37,715 nucleotides of DNA, from NCBI GenBank assembly GCA_031402635.1, contig JANNSM010000277.1, positions 1 through 37,715 of the forward strand, written 5' to 3'. Shown in pieces: positions 1 to 9,479 of this stretch (position 1 is its first letter; each line of letters starts with the position of its first letter). Position numbers and translations under genes: made by a program. The notes under the pieces were generated by a model. That model saw only the letters and a program-made list of their open reading frames with translations, did not search any database and was not told where the DNA came from. This DNA is from Bacteroidota bacterium (GTDB taxonomy: Bacteria > Bacteroidota > Bacteroidia > Chitinophagales > BACL12).

Positions 1-81
1 CCGGTATGGCAACCAGACCTCCAGAACCCGCATCTGCCCGCTCTTTCGTTGTTTTGCTGTTGAAGCCAACCTCACCATCCC

Positions 82-1452
82 ATGATAATTGAAGCCCGAG
101 TGCCGGTCATCGGCGAATCCATCAATGAAGTCACCCTGAGTCAGTGGCTCGTTGCCGACGGGGATTATGTCAGCATTGACCAGTCGGTCTGTGAATTTGA
201 ATCGGACAAAGCCACACTGGAATTTCCTGCGGAAAAGTCCGGGCGAATCACGTTCGTGGCCAAAGAAGGTCAGGACTTGAAAATTGGGGATTTGGTAGCG
301 CGGATTGACACCAGTGCCCAGGCACCGGAAGGTTTGGGAGGAAAGAGCACGACCGCAAACTCTGCCGCAGAAAAAACCACGAAGGCCGCGGAAGCACAGG
401 CATCCGTGGCAACGGTCAGCAAGCAAACCGCCCCAGCTCCCGCACCGGCCGGCAACGGGCAGGCTAAAGCCGGGGCCGCACCAGCCGCACCAGCCGCAAC
501 CGCCGCAACCGCCGCTGCCGGTGCATCCGGTAGCGTATCCAGCGAGATCACACCAACCCCACACGCCAGCCCGCTGGCCTCCCGCATCATGGCCGACAAG
601 GGCCTTTTGCCCGCACAAGTTCAGGGGAGCGGCCCCGGTGGCCGAATTACCAAAGCCGATGTGCTCCGGGCCGTTGAACAGGGCTTACCCGGCGATGTGG
701 CCATTCACTCCCTCAAAACTTTCAGTCGCGAACAGCACACCGAAAAAACCAGCCGCCTGCGCCAGACCGTTGCGCGACGGCTCGTAGGCGTCAAGAACCA
801 AACGGCTATGCTCACCACTTTCAACGAAGTGGATATGGGTTCAATCAATGACCTGCGAGCCAAATACAAAGAAGCTTTCCTCAAAAAATTCGGGGTCAAC
901 CTGGGCTTTATGAGCTTTTTCACGCGGGCATGTTGCCATGCTCTGCAAGAATTTCCCGCAGTCAACGCCTACTACGATGAAAAGGAGGTCCACTACCACC
1001 AATTCTGCGATATCTCTATTGCCGTAAGCACTCCCCGTGGACTGGTCGTGCCTGTATTGCGCAACGCCGAATCGCTGGGCATGCACGACATTGAATCCGG
1101 GATCAAAGACCTGGCCGTCCGGGCCCGCGACGGTAAACTCGCCCTGGAAGAAATGGAGGGCGGCACGTTCACGATCACCAATGGTGGTGTCTTCGGATCG
1201 CTGATGTCAACGCCCATCCTCAACTCTCCCCAAAGTGCCATCCTGGGCATGCACAAAATTCAGGATCGTCCGGTAGCGATTAACGGTCAGGTGGTGATTC
1301 GTCCCATGATGTACCTTGCGCTCTCTTACGATCACCGCATCATTGACGGCAAGGAATCCGTAAGTTTTCTGGTGCGGGTAAAAGAACAACTCGAGAATCC
1401 GGAGCAATTGCTTTTCGGAAAAGATCCGGTGGAATTGCTGCTTGGGCTTTGA
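82..1452 (+). CDS. sucB: dihydrolipoyllysine-residue succinyltransferase (E2 of 2-oxoglutarate dehydrogenase)
   Basis: 456-aa ORF. N-terminal lipoyl domain with lipoyl-lysine motif [11 protein letters not shown], a long Ala/Pro linker, a subunit-binding segment ([13 protein letters not shown]) and a C-terminal acyltransferase domain with catalytic DHRIIDG. Confidence 0.95.
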   Translation: MIIEARVPVIGESINEVTLSQWLVADGDYVSIDQSVCEFESDKATLEFPAEKSGRITFVAKEGQDLKIGDLVARIDTSAQAPEGLGGKSTTANSAAEKTTKAAEAQASVATVSKQTAPAPAPAGNGQAKAGAAPAAPAATAATAAAGASGSVSSEITPTPHASPLASRIMADKGLLPAQVQGSGPGGRITKADVLRAVEQGLPGDVAIHSLKTFSREQHTEKTSRLRQTVARRLVGVKNQTAMLTTFNEVDMGSINDLRAKYKEAFLKKFGVNLGFMSFFTRACCHALQEFPAVNAYYDEKEVHYHQFCDISIAVSTPRGLVVPVLRNAESLGMHDIESGIKDLAVRARDGKLALEEMEGGTFTITNGGVFGSLMSTPILNSPQSAILGMHKIQDRPVAINGQVVIRPMMYLALSYDHRIIDGKESVSFLVRVKEQLENPEQLLFGKDPVELLLGL

Positions 1453-1500
1453 ACAAATGTTATGGATGAAACCGAAAGCCTCCCCTTCCTGAACAATAGT

Positions 1501-1869
1501 TCAATCCGGAGCCAGCCAGTCCAGTGCGGGAACATTTCGCAGCACCGAATAGGCCAACGCCAACCCGAACAAACTCCATATTAAATACGGATTCCCCATT
1601 TTTTTTCCGCGGTATCCCTGCCATAGCCAAAGCAAGGTCAGGGGAAGAGCTACTACCACCAGGGCATTATCGCGAAGTGCCCCGGCAACCTGACCATGAG
1701 CCAGACTGCCCAATGCTCGTTCCCCGCCACAGGCCGGACAGTAGGTTCCGGTCAGTTGAAGCCAGGGACAGACCGGGCGGCCATAGTAACCCAGGGCATT
1801 TAAAATGACCACGGCCAGCACAAACAGCGCAAGAATACTAACCAGGCGAATGCGGGCGACAAAAGACAT
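1501..1869 (-). CDS. DUF2752-family small membrane protein
   Basis: The ORF contains the CPxCGxxRA-type motif (YCPACGGERAL) flanked by hydrophobic helices. I place the start at the internal ATG (rc 'cat' at 1867-1869), which directly precedes the first TM helix. The 62-aa upstream extension of the tracked ORF is basic and looks non-coding. Confidence 0.7.
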   Translation of the reverse strand: MSFVARIRLVSILALFVLAVVILNALGYYGRPVCPWLQLTGTYCPACGGERALGSLAHGQVAGALRDNALVVVALPLTLLWLWQGYRGKKMGNPYLIWSLFGLALAYSVLRNVPALDWLAPD

Positions 1870-2038
1870 GGAACGAAGGTAGGATTCCCGGTGAAGGCTG
1901 CCGGTAAAACTAAAAACTTCCCGGTCTGGCCGGACATGAATCCGTATGCTGCAAAAGCTGCTCCAGAAAAATCGGGACCGGAGAAACCGCCGTAACAGCC
2001 GCGCATTTAAAACAATTCCGCTCCATTTATGTTTTAGG

Positions 2039-2050
2039 CCCGTTAACGGG
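2039..2050. promoter_or_regulatory. perfect 12-bp palindrome CCCGTTAACGGG upstream of the TonB-dependent receptor gene
   Basis: Read directly. It lies ~40 nt before the ATG at 2092 and just after a TATGTTTT (near TAnnTTTG) element at 2028-2035. Any function is inferred. Confidence 0.25.
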
Positions 2051-2091
2051 ATCAAATCTCCTTTAGACCAATCAATTCGTCTTTAGAAACC

Positions 2092-4467
2092 ATGAAAATT
2101 CTCTCCTTATTCTTTACGCTGTTGCTGGCCGGTTTTACCTGGGCGCAAAATGGCAGCATTGAAGGAACTATTCGCGATGCCTCCTCCGGCGAGCCTGTTC
2201 CTTTCGCAAACATCCTGGTTCAGGGAACTACCAATGGCGCAATTTCTGACCTGGACGGCCATTTTGTACTTAATAATTTAAAATCCGGTCTGGTCAATCT
2301 CCAGATCTCCTATGTGGGCTACCGGGCTAAAACACTGTTCGAAATTGATGTAATCGGGTCTAAAACCACCCAGCTAACCATTGACCTGGAACCCTCTGCT
2401 ACGGCACTTGACGAAGTGGTGGTGAGGTTAAACCCCTTTGAGAAAAAGGCGGAAAGTCCGGTATCCGTGCAGACCATCGGAGCATCCGAAATTGAGCGAT
2501 TTCCAGGGGGTAACCGGGACATTTCGAGAGTTATACAGACCCTTCCAGGGGTAGCCGCAACGGTATCCTACCGCAATGATATCATTGTGCGAGGCGGAAG
2601 TCCCAACGAAAACAAATTTTACATAGACGGGATCGAAATTCCATCCATCAATCACTTTGCCACGCAGGGCGCTTCGGGAGGATCCAATGGAGCTATCAAC
2701 GTGGATTTTATTGAGGATGTGACCTTTGCCTCTGCCGCATTCCCGGCTGAGCGCGGCAATTCGCTGAGCAGTCTCATGGAATTCAGTTTCAAGGACGGGA
2801 GGAGTGACCGATTCGCCGGCAGGTTTACGCTCGGTGCTTTAGAAGCCGGAGCATCCGTTGAAGGACCGCTCTTCCAGGATAAATCCACATTCATCGCTTC
2901 GTACCGGAGAAGTTATCAGCAATTGTTGTTCAAGGCATTCGCATTGCCCTTTCTGCCTACTTACAACGATGCACAATTTAAAGTTGAAACCCGATTTAAT
3001 GCAAAGAACGAGCTGACGGTTTTGGGTATCGGAACGTTTGATCAATTCAATCTCAATCTGGCCGCAAACGAAACCAAAGACCAGCAATACCTCTTGGGTC
3101 AGTTGCCGGAAATTGACCAGTACACCTACACAGCAGGTGCCAGATATCGCCGTTACAACAACAAAGGAAATGCTTCGGTTGTGCTGAGCAGGACCCAGGT
3201 AGCCGATACCTACGAAAAATTTGCCGGCAACGATTTTGGCAATGAAGATGCACTCCTCTTTAGGCAGAAAAGCAACCGGGCAGAAAATAAACTGCGTTAC
3301 GAGCAGCGCATCATCGGCAACGCAGGATCGCTGACCGTCGGTGGCGGATATGAATGGTCCGTGTACACCGACAACAGCCTTTTTTTAACAGCCGAAGGCA
3401 CCCAGAACACCCGTGACATCAGTCTGGAATTACACCAGATTAGTGTTTTTGCCCAATACAGTCGCCGGTTATTGCAGGAACGCCTTTCGCTTAGTGCAGG
3501 ACTACGGTCTGATGCCAACGGCTACAACGACGAAATGCGCAACCCGCTTAACCAGCTTTCGCCCAATGTCAGCCTTTCTTTCGCCCTGACTCCGACCGTT
3601 AACATTAACGCCAGCGCCAGTCGTGCCCGTCAATTGCCCCCCTACACCACCTTGGCCTTTACGGATGAAAGCGGACAGCTCGTCAACCAGAATGCCCTGA
3701 AATACATCACCCGCGATCAATACGTTCTGGGTATGGACTGGGTCAGTCCGATCAACAGCCGACTTTCGGTAGAAGGGTTCTACAAAGACTACCGCAACTA
3801 TCCTTTCCTGCTTGAAGACAGCATTTCACTGGCCAATTTAGGCGCTGATTTTGCCGTTGTCGGCGATGCTGCGGCTGACAGCCGTTCGCGAGGAAGGGCT
3901 TATGGTCTGGAGGTTGCCCTTCGCCAGAAATTGTATAAAAACGTTTTTGGCATCGTTAGCTATACGCTGAGCTACAGCGAATTTACCAATGCCGACCCCG
4001 ATGATTACCGGCCCAGTTCCTGGGATCGCCGACACATCATCAACGTGGCCGGTGGGGTTAAACTGCCAAAGAATTGGGACATCGGCTCGCGGGTATCTTT
4101 TGCCACAGGTTATCCTTACACACCCTTTGATGTTGAAGCCTCGGTTGAAGCCGCTCAATGGGATCTTACCGGCGAAGGAATTCCGGATTATACGTTGGTC
4201 AACTCCCTGCGCATCCAATCCCCCTTCCAGTGGGACCTGCGCATTGACAAGCGCTGGTACTTTGAGAAATGGGGGCTCAACCTGTACGTGGATATCCGAA
4301 ACATCCTCAACACGACCACCCTGCTGGAACCCAACCTGAGTGTGGTACGCGATGAATTAGGTCAACCCGTCGCCGATCCACTTGACCCCTCTCGTTACCA
4401 GCCGGATTTCATTCCCAATGAAGACGGTTTTGCTCAACCTTCTATCGGTTTGATTATTGATCTTTGA
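2092..4467 (+). CDS. TonB-dependent receptor with N-terminal carboxypeptidase-regulatory-like domain
   Basis: 791 aa. Signal peptide, a CarboxypepD_reg-like start (GSIEGTIRDASSGEPVPFANILVQGT), a plug region (RDISRVIQTLPGV, IVRGGSPNENKFYIDGIEI) and a long beta-barrel-like C-terminal part. Confidence 0.9.
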   Translation: MKILSLFFTLLLAGFTWAQNGSIEGTIRDASSGEPVPFANILVQGTTNGAISDLDGHFVLNNLKSGLVNLQISYVGYRAKTLFEIDVIGSKTTQLTIDLEPSATALDEVVVRLNPFEKKAESPVSVQTIGASEIERFPGGNRDISRVIQTLPGVAATVSYRNDIIVRGGSPNENKFYIDGIEIPSINHFATQGASGGSNGAINVDFIEDVTFASAAFPAERGNSLSSLMEFSFKDGRSDRFAGRFTLGALEAGASVEGPLFQDKSTFIASYRRSYQQLLFKAFALPFLPTYNDAQFKVETRFNAKNELTVLGIGTFDQFNLNLAANETKDQQYLLGQLPEIDQYTYTAGARYRRYNNKGNASVVLSRTQVADTYEKFAGNDFGNEDALLFRQKSNRAENKLRYEQRIIGNAGSLTVGGGYEWSVYTDNSLFLTAEGTQNTRDISLELHQISVFAQYSRRLLQERLSLSAGLRSDANGYNDEMRNPLNQLSPNVSLSFALTPTVNINASASRARQLPPYTTLAFTDESGQLVNQNALKYITRDQYVLGMDWVSPINSRLSVEGFYKDYRNYPFLLEDSISLANLGADFAVVGDAAADSRSRGRAYGLEVALRQKLYKNVFGIVSYTLSYSEFTNADPDDYRPSSWDRRHIINVAGGVKLPKNWDIGSRVSFATGYPYTPFDVEASVEAAQWDLTGEGIPDYTLVNSLRIQSPFQWDLRIDKRWYFEKWGLNLYVDIRNILNTTTLLEPNLSVVRDELGQPVADPLDPSRYQPDFIPNEDGFAQPSIGLIIDL

Positions 4468-4488
4468 GGCTCAATTTGCTGAGCGCTC

Positions 4489-5562
4489 ATGATCCCAAAC
4501 TATTCGGTTAGTCTGTCAGTACTTGCGCTGTTTGTGCTGGCCTGCATACCATTTTCCTGTGCAAAGGCGCAGAAAGACCAGATTTCTCATACGGTGGTCT
4601 TTTACAATGTCGAAAATCTGTTCGATACCCTTGATGACCCCAACAAAAAAGATGAGGAATACCTGCCTGGCTCTGAACTGAAGTGGTCCCATGCCCGGTA
4701 CGAAGCCAAACTGGATGCCTTGGCTAAAGTAATTCTGGCTGCAGGCGGCGGTCAGCCCCCAATGCTGATCGGATTGGCCGAGGTAGAGAACGCGCAGGTT
4801 GTCGAAGCCCTTGGCCGTAAAATTGGCGGAGAATCAGCAACCTATGGTCTGGCCCACCGAGAAAGTCCTGACACACGCGGCATTGATTGTGCTTTATTGT
4901 ACCGAAATGACAAAAGCGGTTTTCGCGTGGAGCGGGTGGATGCCATTCGGCTGAATTTCCCCGATGACTCTGCCTACACCAGTCGAGATATTTTGCATGT
5001 AACCGGGAAACTAAAGGGCGTGAAACAACCGCTGCACGTTTTTGTCAATCACTGGCCATCGCGGACCGGAGGTGAAAAAGAAAGCGAAGGCCGACGAATC
5101 GTTGCTGCAACCGCACTGCGCGCCGCTGTAGACAGCCTTCGGGTCGCAGAACAAAATCCCCTTATCCTGGCCATGGGTGACTTCAACGATGAACCGGATA
5201 ACCGCAGCCTCGGTGACGTGTTAGGTGCAGCGACTGAATTCTCCAACCTGAACAACCCGGCTCAAAATGGAGCGCTGATGAACCTGATGGGTCCGGCGGA
5301 TAGCCGGGGCGAAGGAAGCTACAACTACCAGGGCAACTGGAACATGATTGATCAATTCGTGGTGAGTTCTGCCTTAGTGCCCTCCACCCATTGCCCTCGC
5401 TGCTGTGTCGCACAAGACGCCGCTCCTTTCCGCGAAGAATGGATGATGTATAAATCCGAGCGCTACGGCCCGCAACCTAACCGAACCTATGGTGGTCCAA
5501 ATTACTACGGGGGCTATTCCGATCATCTGCCCATCCGACTGACCTTATCCGTTCCGCATTAA
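4489..5562 (+). CDS. secreted endonuclease/exonuclease/phosphatase (EEP) family protein
   Basis: 357 aa with a signal or lipoprotein-like N-terminus. EEP hallmarks are VVFYNVENLFD, GLAEVEN, GDFND and SDHLPI. It starts 21 nt after the receptor gene. Confidence 0.85.
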   Translation: MIPNYSVSLSVLALFVLACIPFSCAKAQKDQISHTVVFYNVENLFDTLDDPNKKDEEYLPGSELKWSHARYEAKLDALAKVILAAGGGQPPMLIGLAEVENAQVVEALGRKIGGESATYGLAHRESPDTRGIDCALLYRNDKSGFRVERVDAIRLNFPDDSAYTSRDILHVTGKLKGVKQPLHVFVNHWPSRTGGEKESEGRRIVAATALRAAVDSLRVAEQNPLILAMGDFNDEPDNRSLGDVLGAATEFSNLNNPAQNGALMNLMGPADSRGEGSYNYQGNWNMIDQFVVSSALVPSTHCPRCCVAQDAAPFREEWMMYKSERYGPQPNRTYGGPNYYGGYSDHLPIRLTLSVPH

Positions 5563-5573
5563 TTTCGGGTTAA

Positions 5574-6461
5574 ATGCCTCTTTTGGACCATGTACTTGTT
5601 ACCGGAACCACAGGCTTTTTAGGCCCATCGCTGATCCGTGCCGCACCCGCCGAAACTACCTTGTCGCTAGGGCTCAGCCCCCGCGGGATAGAAAGCTTTT
5701 CAGTTGCTAATATTGAAATGGCTTCCGGTGTATCCTGCAAACCCCTCCTGCTCAATCTGGAAGATCCGGACGAATGTCTGGAAATTGTTCTCGCCCTTCG
5801 GCCAAAAGCCATCCTGCACGCGGCCGCCCTGGCTGACACCGGTTTGTGTGAACGCGAACCTTCCCGGTCGCATCTGGTGAACGTTCGAGCCAGCATGGCC
5901 CTTGCACATGCAGCTAAATCACTACACATTCCGTTTCTATTTTGCTCTACCGATTTAGTTTTTGGTGGCGACATGGCACCGTACGCGCCATCCGATCCGG
6001 TGGAACCACTTATGGTTTACGGTCAGCACAAAGCATTGGCAGAACAAGCGGTTACTTCTATCTGTAATTCTGCATTAATTGCCCGATTGCCTTTAATGTA
6101 TGGCCAAAGCACTATTCCTGGACGCGGGATCATCGGAGATTTGGTTGCCGCATTGCGGCGGGGCGAATCAGTAAAACTATTTGAAGACGAGTACCGGAGT
6201 ATTGCTTATGGCCCTTCAGTAGCCGCCGGCTTGTGGATGGCGCTCGGCTGGAATCGCGGCATTTGGCACTTCGGAGGGCCTGAGCGAATGAGCCGATATG
6301 CATTTGGTATCCGGGTAGCCAAGCAATTTGGATTGGATACCCGCCTGCTTATGCCGGTCAAACAAGCTGATCTGGTCACAGGAACACCAAGGCCGGCCGA
6401 TGTCAGCCTGGATAGCCAGGCGAGTTATGCGGAGGGCTGGACTTATGAAGGGATGTGGTAA
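5574..6461 (+). CDS. SDR-family NAD(P)-dependent sugar-nucleotide reductase/epimerase (RmlD-like)
   Basis: 295 aa. Rossmann motif VLVTGTTGFLG and a catalytic YxxxK (YGQHK). Length and layout resemble dTDP-4-dehydrorhamnose-reductase-type proteins. Confidence 0.75.
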   Translation: MPLLDHVLVTGTTGFLGPSLIRAAPAETTLSLGLSPRGIESFSVANIEMASGVSCKPLLLNLEDPDECLEIVLALRPKAILHAAALADTGLCEREPSRSHLVNVRASMALAHAAKSLHIPFLFCSTDLVFGGDMAPYAPSDPVEPLMVYGQHKALAEQAVTSICNSALIARLPLMYGQSTIPGRGIIGDLVAALRRGESVKLFEDEYRSIAYGPSVAAGLWMALGWNRGIWHFGGPERMSRYAFGIRVAKQFGLDTRLLMPVKQADLVTGTPRPADVSLDSQASYAEGWTYEGMW

Positions 6462-6557
6462 ATCGCCGTTGTGGCAAAAACATCGTCCACCAGAAAACAA
6501 CATAAACTCACCAATTTCTCAGGTTAATTCTCCTGTAAATCCTTTTAATCGCGAACG

Positions 6558-7784
6558 ATGTCTGAAAACCTGATGTATGATAAAATGATTGGCCTTGCCA
6601 ATAAATACGGTACCCCGCTTTACGTCTATGACGCAGACACCATCATCAACCAATACAACGCCTTTAAGCGCGCATTTAAGGTTGAAAATCTCAGAATTCA
6701 CTACGCAGCAAAAGCGTTGACCAATCTCTCCATCCTGAGATTGTTTAAAGAACTCGGAGCGGGATTGGACTGCGTATCCGTTGAAGAAATCCGGTTGGGA
6801 TTAGCGGCAGGTTTTGACCCTAAAGACATCATTTTCACTCCTAACGGCGTGTCTATGGAAGAATATCTGGAAGCAATCAGAATTGGAACCAAAATAACGG
6901 TGGACAATATTTCCATCCTGGAAAAAATTGGGATGGAAGTAAAAAATCAACCGCTTTTTATCCGGCTAAATCCGCATTTATCGGCAGGTGGAAACAGCAA
7001 CATCAGCGTAGGTCATATTGATTCGAAATTTGGCATTTCCATTCATCAGTTACCGATTACCAAACGATTAATCAAAAAGTACAATATTCATGTTGAAGGA
7101 ATTCACATTCACACAGGCTCGGATATCATTGAAACAGACATTTTTGAACGGGTAGCTGAATTGATTTTATCCATTGCCGATGAGTTTGAAAATATTGAGT
7201 CTATTGATTTCGGCAGTGGATTTAAGGTAAAATACAAGCCAAACGATTTGCACACCGATATTGAAAATGTCGGGATGCGGTTTAGTGAAATTTTCAATCA
7301 GTACTGCATAAAAAATAACAGGCAATTGACATTGCGCTTTGAACCAGGCAAGTTTTTAGTGAGCGAAGCCGGCACGTTTCTGACCAAAGTGAATACCGTT
7401 AAACAAACAACAGCATGCACTTTTGTAGCTATTAACAGTGGCTTTAATCACCTGATTCGACCGATGTTTTATAAATCCTATCACGAAATTGAAAACATTT
7501 CAAATCCAGAGGGAGTAAAGAAAATGTACTCTGTGGTAGGCTATATCTGTGAATCGGATACATTCGCGGAAGACAGGATACTCAGCGAAGTGCGGGAAGG
7601 CGATATTCTTTTATTTAGAAATGCAGGTGCTTATTGTTTTTCCATGTCTTCCAATTATAACTCCAGATTAAAACCGGCCGAGGTCCTCCTGCTAAAAGGA
7701 AAAGACTACCTGATCAGAGAACGTGAAGCCTTCGAATCCTTGCTGTTAAATCAGCAAATTCCGGAAATTGAGCACTGGAATTAA
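6558..7784 (+). CDS. lysA: diaminopimelate decarboxylase (PLP-dependent, fold-type III)
   Basis: 408 aa. Motifs are TPLYVYD, PLP-lysine motif YAAKALTN, HIHTGS, EPGKFLV, CESD and GAYCFSMSSNYNSRLKPAEVLL. Confidence 0.88.
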   Translation: MSENLMYDKMIGLANKYGTPLYVYDADTIINQYNAFKRAFKVENLRIHYAAKALTNLSILRLFKELGAGLDCVSVEEIRLGLAAGFDPKDIIFTPNGVSMEEYLEAIRIGTKITVDNISILEKIGMEVKNQPLFIRLNPHLSAGGNSNISVGHIDSKFGISIHQLPITKRLIKKYNIHVEGIHIHTGSDIIETDIFERVAELILSIADEFENIESIDFGSGFKVKYKPNDLHTDIENVGMRFSEIFNQYCIKNNRQLTLRFEPGKFLVSEAGTFLTKVNTVKQTTACTFVAINSGFNHLIRPMFYKSYHEIENISNPEGVKKMYSVVGYICESDTFAEDRILSEVREGDILLFRNAGAYCFSMSSNYNSRLKPAEVLLLKGKDYLIREREAFESLLLNQQIPEIEHWN

Positions 7785-7807
7785 TGGGCTTTTCTATCCG
7801 CGTATGC

Positions 7808-9163
7808 TCACGCCCCGATCTGCCTTAACAGCGGTTGTCGCAGAATAAACTCATCGAGCACATCATCTAAATTCGGCCGACCGATGGGTTGCAAATCATA
7901 GAAAACGCGAGTGTGCGGTTGCCGGATTTTAATGACACGCGCCAGATCAATTGGTGTGCCGATGACCACCGCATCGCAATCACAGGCGTTAATCGTTTCC
8001 TCAAGATCGCGAAGCTGACTATCGCCATAGCCCATGGCTGGGAGCAATGGTCCGATTGCCGGGTATTTTGCAAAGGTGTCGCAAAGTTGTCCGCTAAGCC
8101 AGGGTCGCGGATCTACCAGGGCATCGGCGGCCCATTTTCGGGCTGCAAGCGTGCCGGCTCCAAAGGACATGCCCCCATGGGTAACCGTAGGACCGTCTTC
8201 AACAACCAGCACCCGACGGCCGCGAATAACATCGGGATCATCTACGCGAATTGGCGAAGCCGCATCAATAACCGTTGAATGCGGCGCAAGACCTGCAACT
8301 ACCTGTCGGGTACGATCAATGTCCTCCGGACTCGCGCTGTCTATCTTGTTGATAATCACCACATCAGCATTTCGTAGCACAACTTCCGAAGGATAATAAT
8401 GAAGAGCATGGTCCGCCCGGTGGGGATCCGTCACCACGATATTCAGATCGGCACGGTAAAATGAAAAATCGTTGTTCCCGCCATCCCAGACAATAACATC
8501 ACAACCTGCAGGGTCCTGCTCGGCGGCACGCAAAATAGCTTCGTAATCCACGCCGGCATAAATGAGGTTACCCCGGATGATATGTGGTTCATATTCTTCC
8601 ATTTCCTCAAGTGTGCAGTGATGCGCAGCAAGGTCAGCCAGTGTTCCGAAGCGCTGCATGCGTTGAGCCGCCAAATCACCATAGGGCATTGGGTGGCGGA
8701 TGGCAACCACCCGTAATCCCCGGGCCATCAGCCGCTCGATCAGGTACCTGGCAGTCTGGCTCTTACCGCAACCGGTGCGCGTGGCACAAACACTGATCAG
8801 CGGTTTACTGCTGGCCAATTGGGTTTCAGCCGGACCCGGAAACTCAAAACCGGCGCCGGCTGCAAGCACACGGGAAGCCAGGTGCATGACCGAATCATAC
8901 GAAACATCGCTGTATGAAAAGACGCAACTATCCACGTTCAACTCCGCGATAAGCCGCTCCAGGTCCGCTTCTTGAAAGATCGGAATTCCGTTGGGATATG
9001 CCCGTCCGGCCAATGCTGCAGGATAGCGACGCCCGCTGATGTTCGGAATTTGTGTGGCGGTGAAACCCACTACTTCCACCAATTCATTATTCCGGTAAAT
9101 GGTGTTGAAATTATGGAAGTCGCGGCCGGCGGCTCCGAGGATAAGAATGCGCTGGCGTGCCAT
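7808..9163 (-). CDS. cyclic 2,3-diphosphoglycerate synthetase-like P-loop protein (often annotated 'GTPase'); function unknown in bacteria
   Basis: ORF read from the internal ATG (rc 'cat' at 9161-9163): MARQRILILGAAGRDFHNFN..., with a Walker-A-like RTGCGKSQT. The family assignment is from memory of the conserved N-terminus. High GC compared with both flanks. Confidence 0.7.
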   Translation of the reverse strand: MARQRILILGAAGRDFHNFNTIYRNNELVEVVGFTATQIPNISGRRYPAALAGRAYPNGIPIFQEADLERLIAELNVDSCVFSYSDVSYDSVMHLASRVLAAGAGFEFPGPAETQLASSKPLISVCATRTGCGKSQTARYLIERLMARGLRVVAIRHPMPYGDLAAQRMQRFGTLADLAAHHCTLEEMEEYEPHIIRGNLIYAGVDYEAILRAAEQDPAGCDVIVWDGGNNDFSFYRADLNIVVTDPHRADHALHYYPSEVVLRNADVVIINKIDSASPEDIDRTRQVVAGLAPHSTVIDAASPIRVDDPDVIRGRRVLVVEDGPTVTHGGMSFGAGTLAARKWAADALVDPRPWLSGQLCDTFAKYPAIGPLLPAMGYGDSQLRDLEETINACDCDAVVIGTPIDLARVIKIRQPHTRVFYDLQPIGRPNLDDVLDEFILRQPLLRQIGA

Positions 9164-9479
9164 AGGAGAAAAATTGAAGAGGAAAAAGATCGGCACGGTT
9201 TAAAGACAATCCAAACCGATTATGCCAAGCTGATCCAGATTCAGAATACCACCTATGATCATCGTCAAATAAAGGAATGATTTACAACGGCGGAGAAAAA
9301 GAAGAAGCCGGAGTAAATTCCCTTGTACCGTATTCAGTGGACATAGATAAATATAAAAACTATCAACCTGCCACAAGTGTTTGTAATATTGACAACTAAT
9401 TAGAACTTTAACCCGTAAAGTGGTTTAATACAGACCGTTTCAAAAAAAACAAAACCGATAAATCTCTAATAACACCAAA

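Noticed and set aside
1-85. Possible 3' end of an upstream gene. sucA would be expected before sucB, and one frame ends in an ATGA overlap with the sucB start.
   Set aside because: All three plus-strand frames are open for most of these 80 nt and none shows a recognisable SucA C-terminus. I cannot support a call.
481-516. Tandem 9-nt units CCAGCCGCA x2 and ACCGCCGC(A/T) x2.
   Set aside because: They encode the ordinary (Ala/Pro/Thr)n flexible linker of an E2 acyltransferase, not a separate repeat element.
270-787. ORFs 270-599 (-) and 305-787 (+), of 109 and 160 aa.
   Set aside because: They are alternative-frame and antisense readings of the GC-rich Ala/Pro linker of sucB. The products are Pro/Arg/Ala low-complexity with no independent signal.
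1880-1990. Faint resemblance to a cobalamin riboswitch core (GGTGAAGGCTGCCGGTAAAAC) upstream of the TonB receptor.
   Set aside because: There is no B12 box (GCCACTG-like) and no conserved flanking helices. The receptor is not BtuB-like. An Rfam scan would settle it.
1870-2055. N-terminal 62-aa extension of the DUF2752 ORF.
   Set aside because: It is highly basic and non-conserved in appearance. The internal ATG at 1869 immediately precedes the first TM helix, giving the usual ~120-aa protein.
6462-6557. Possible lysine riboswitch upstream of lysA.
   Set aside because: The spacer is only ~96 nt, far shorter than an L-box, and shows no conserved L-box segments.
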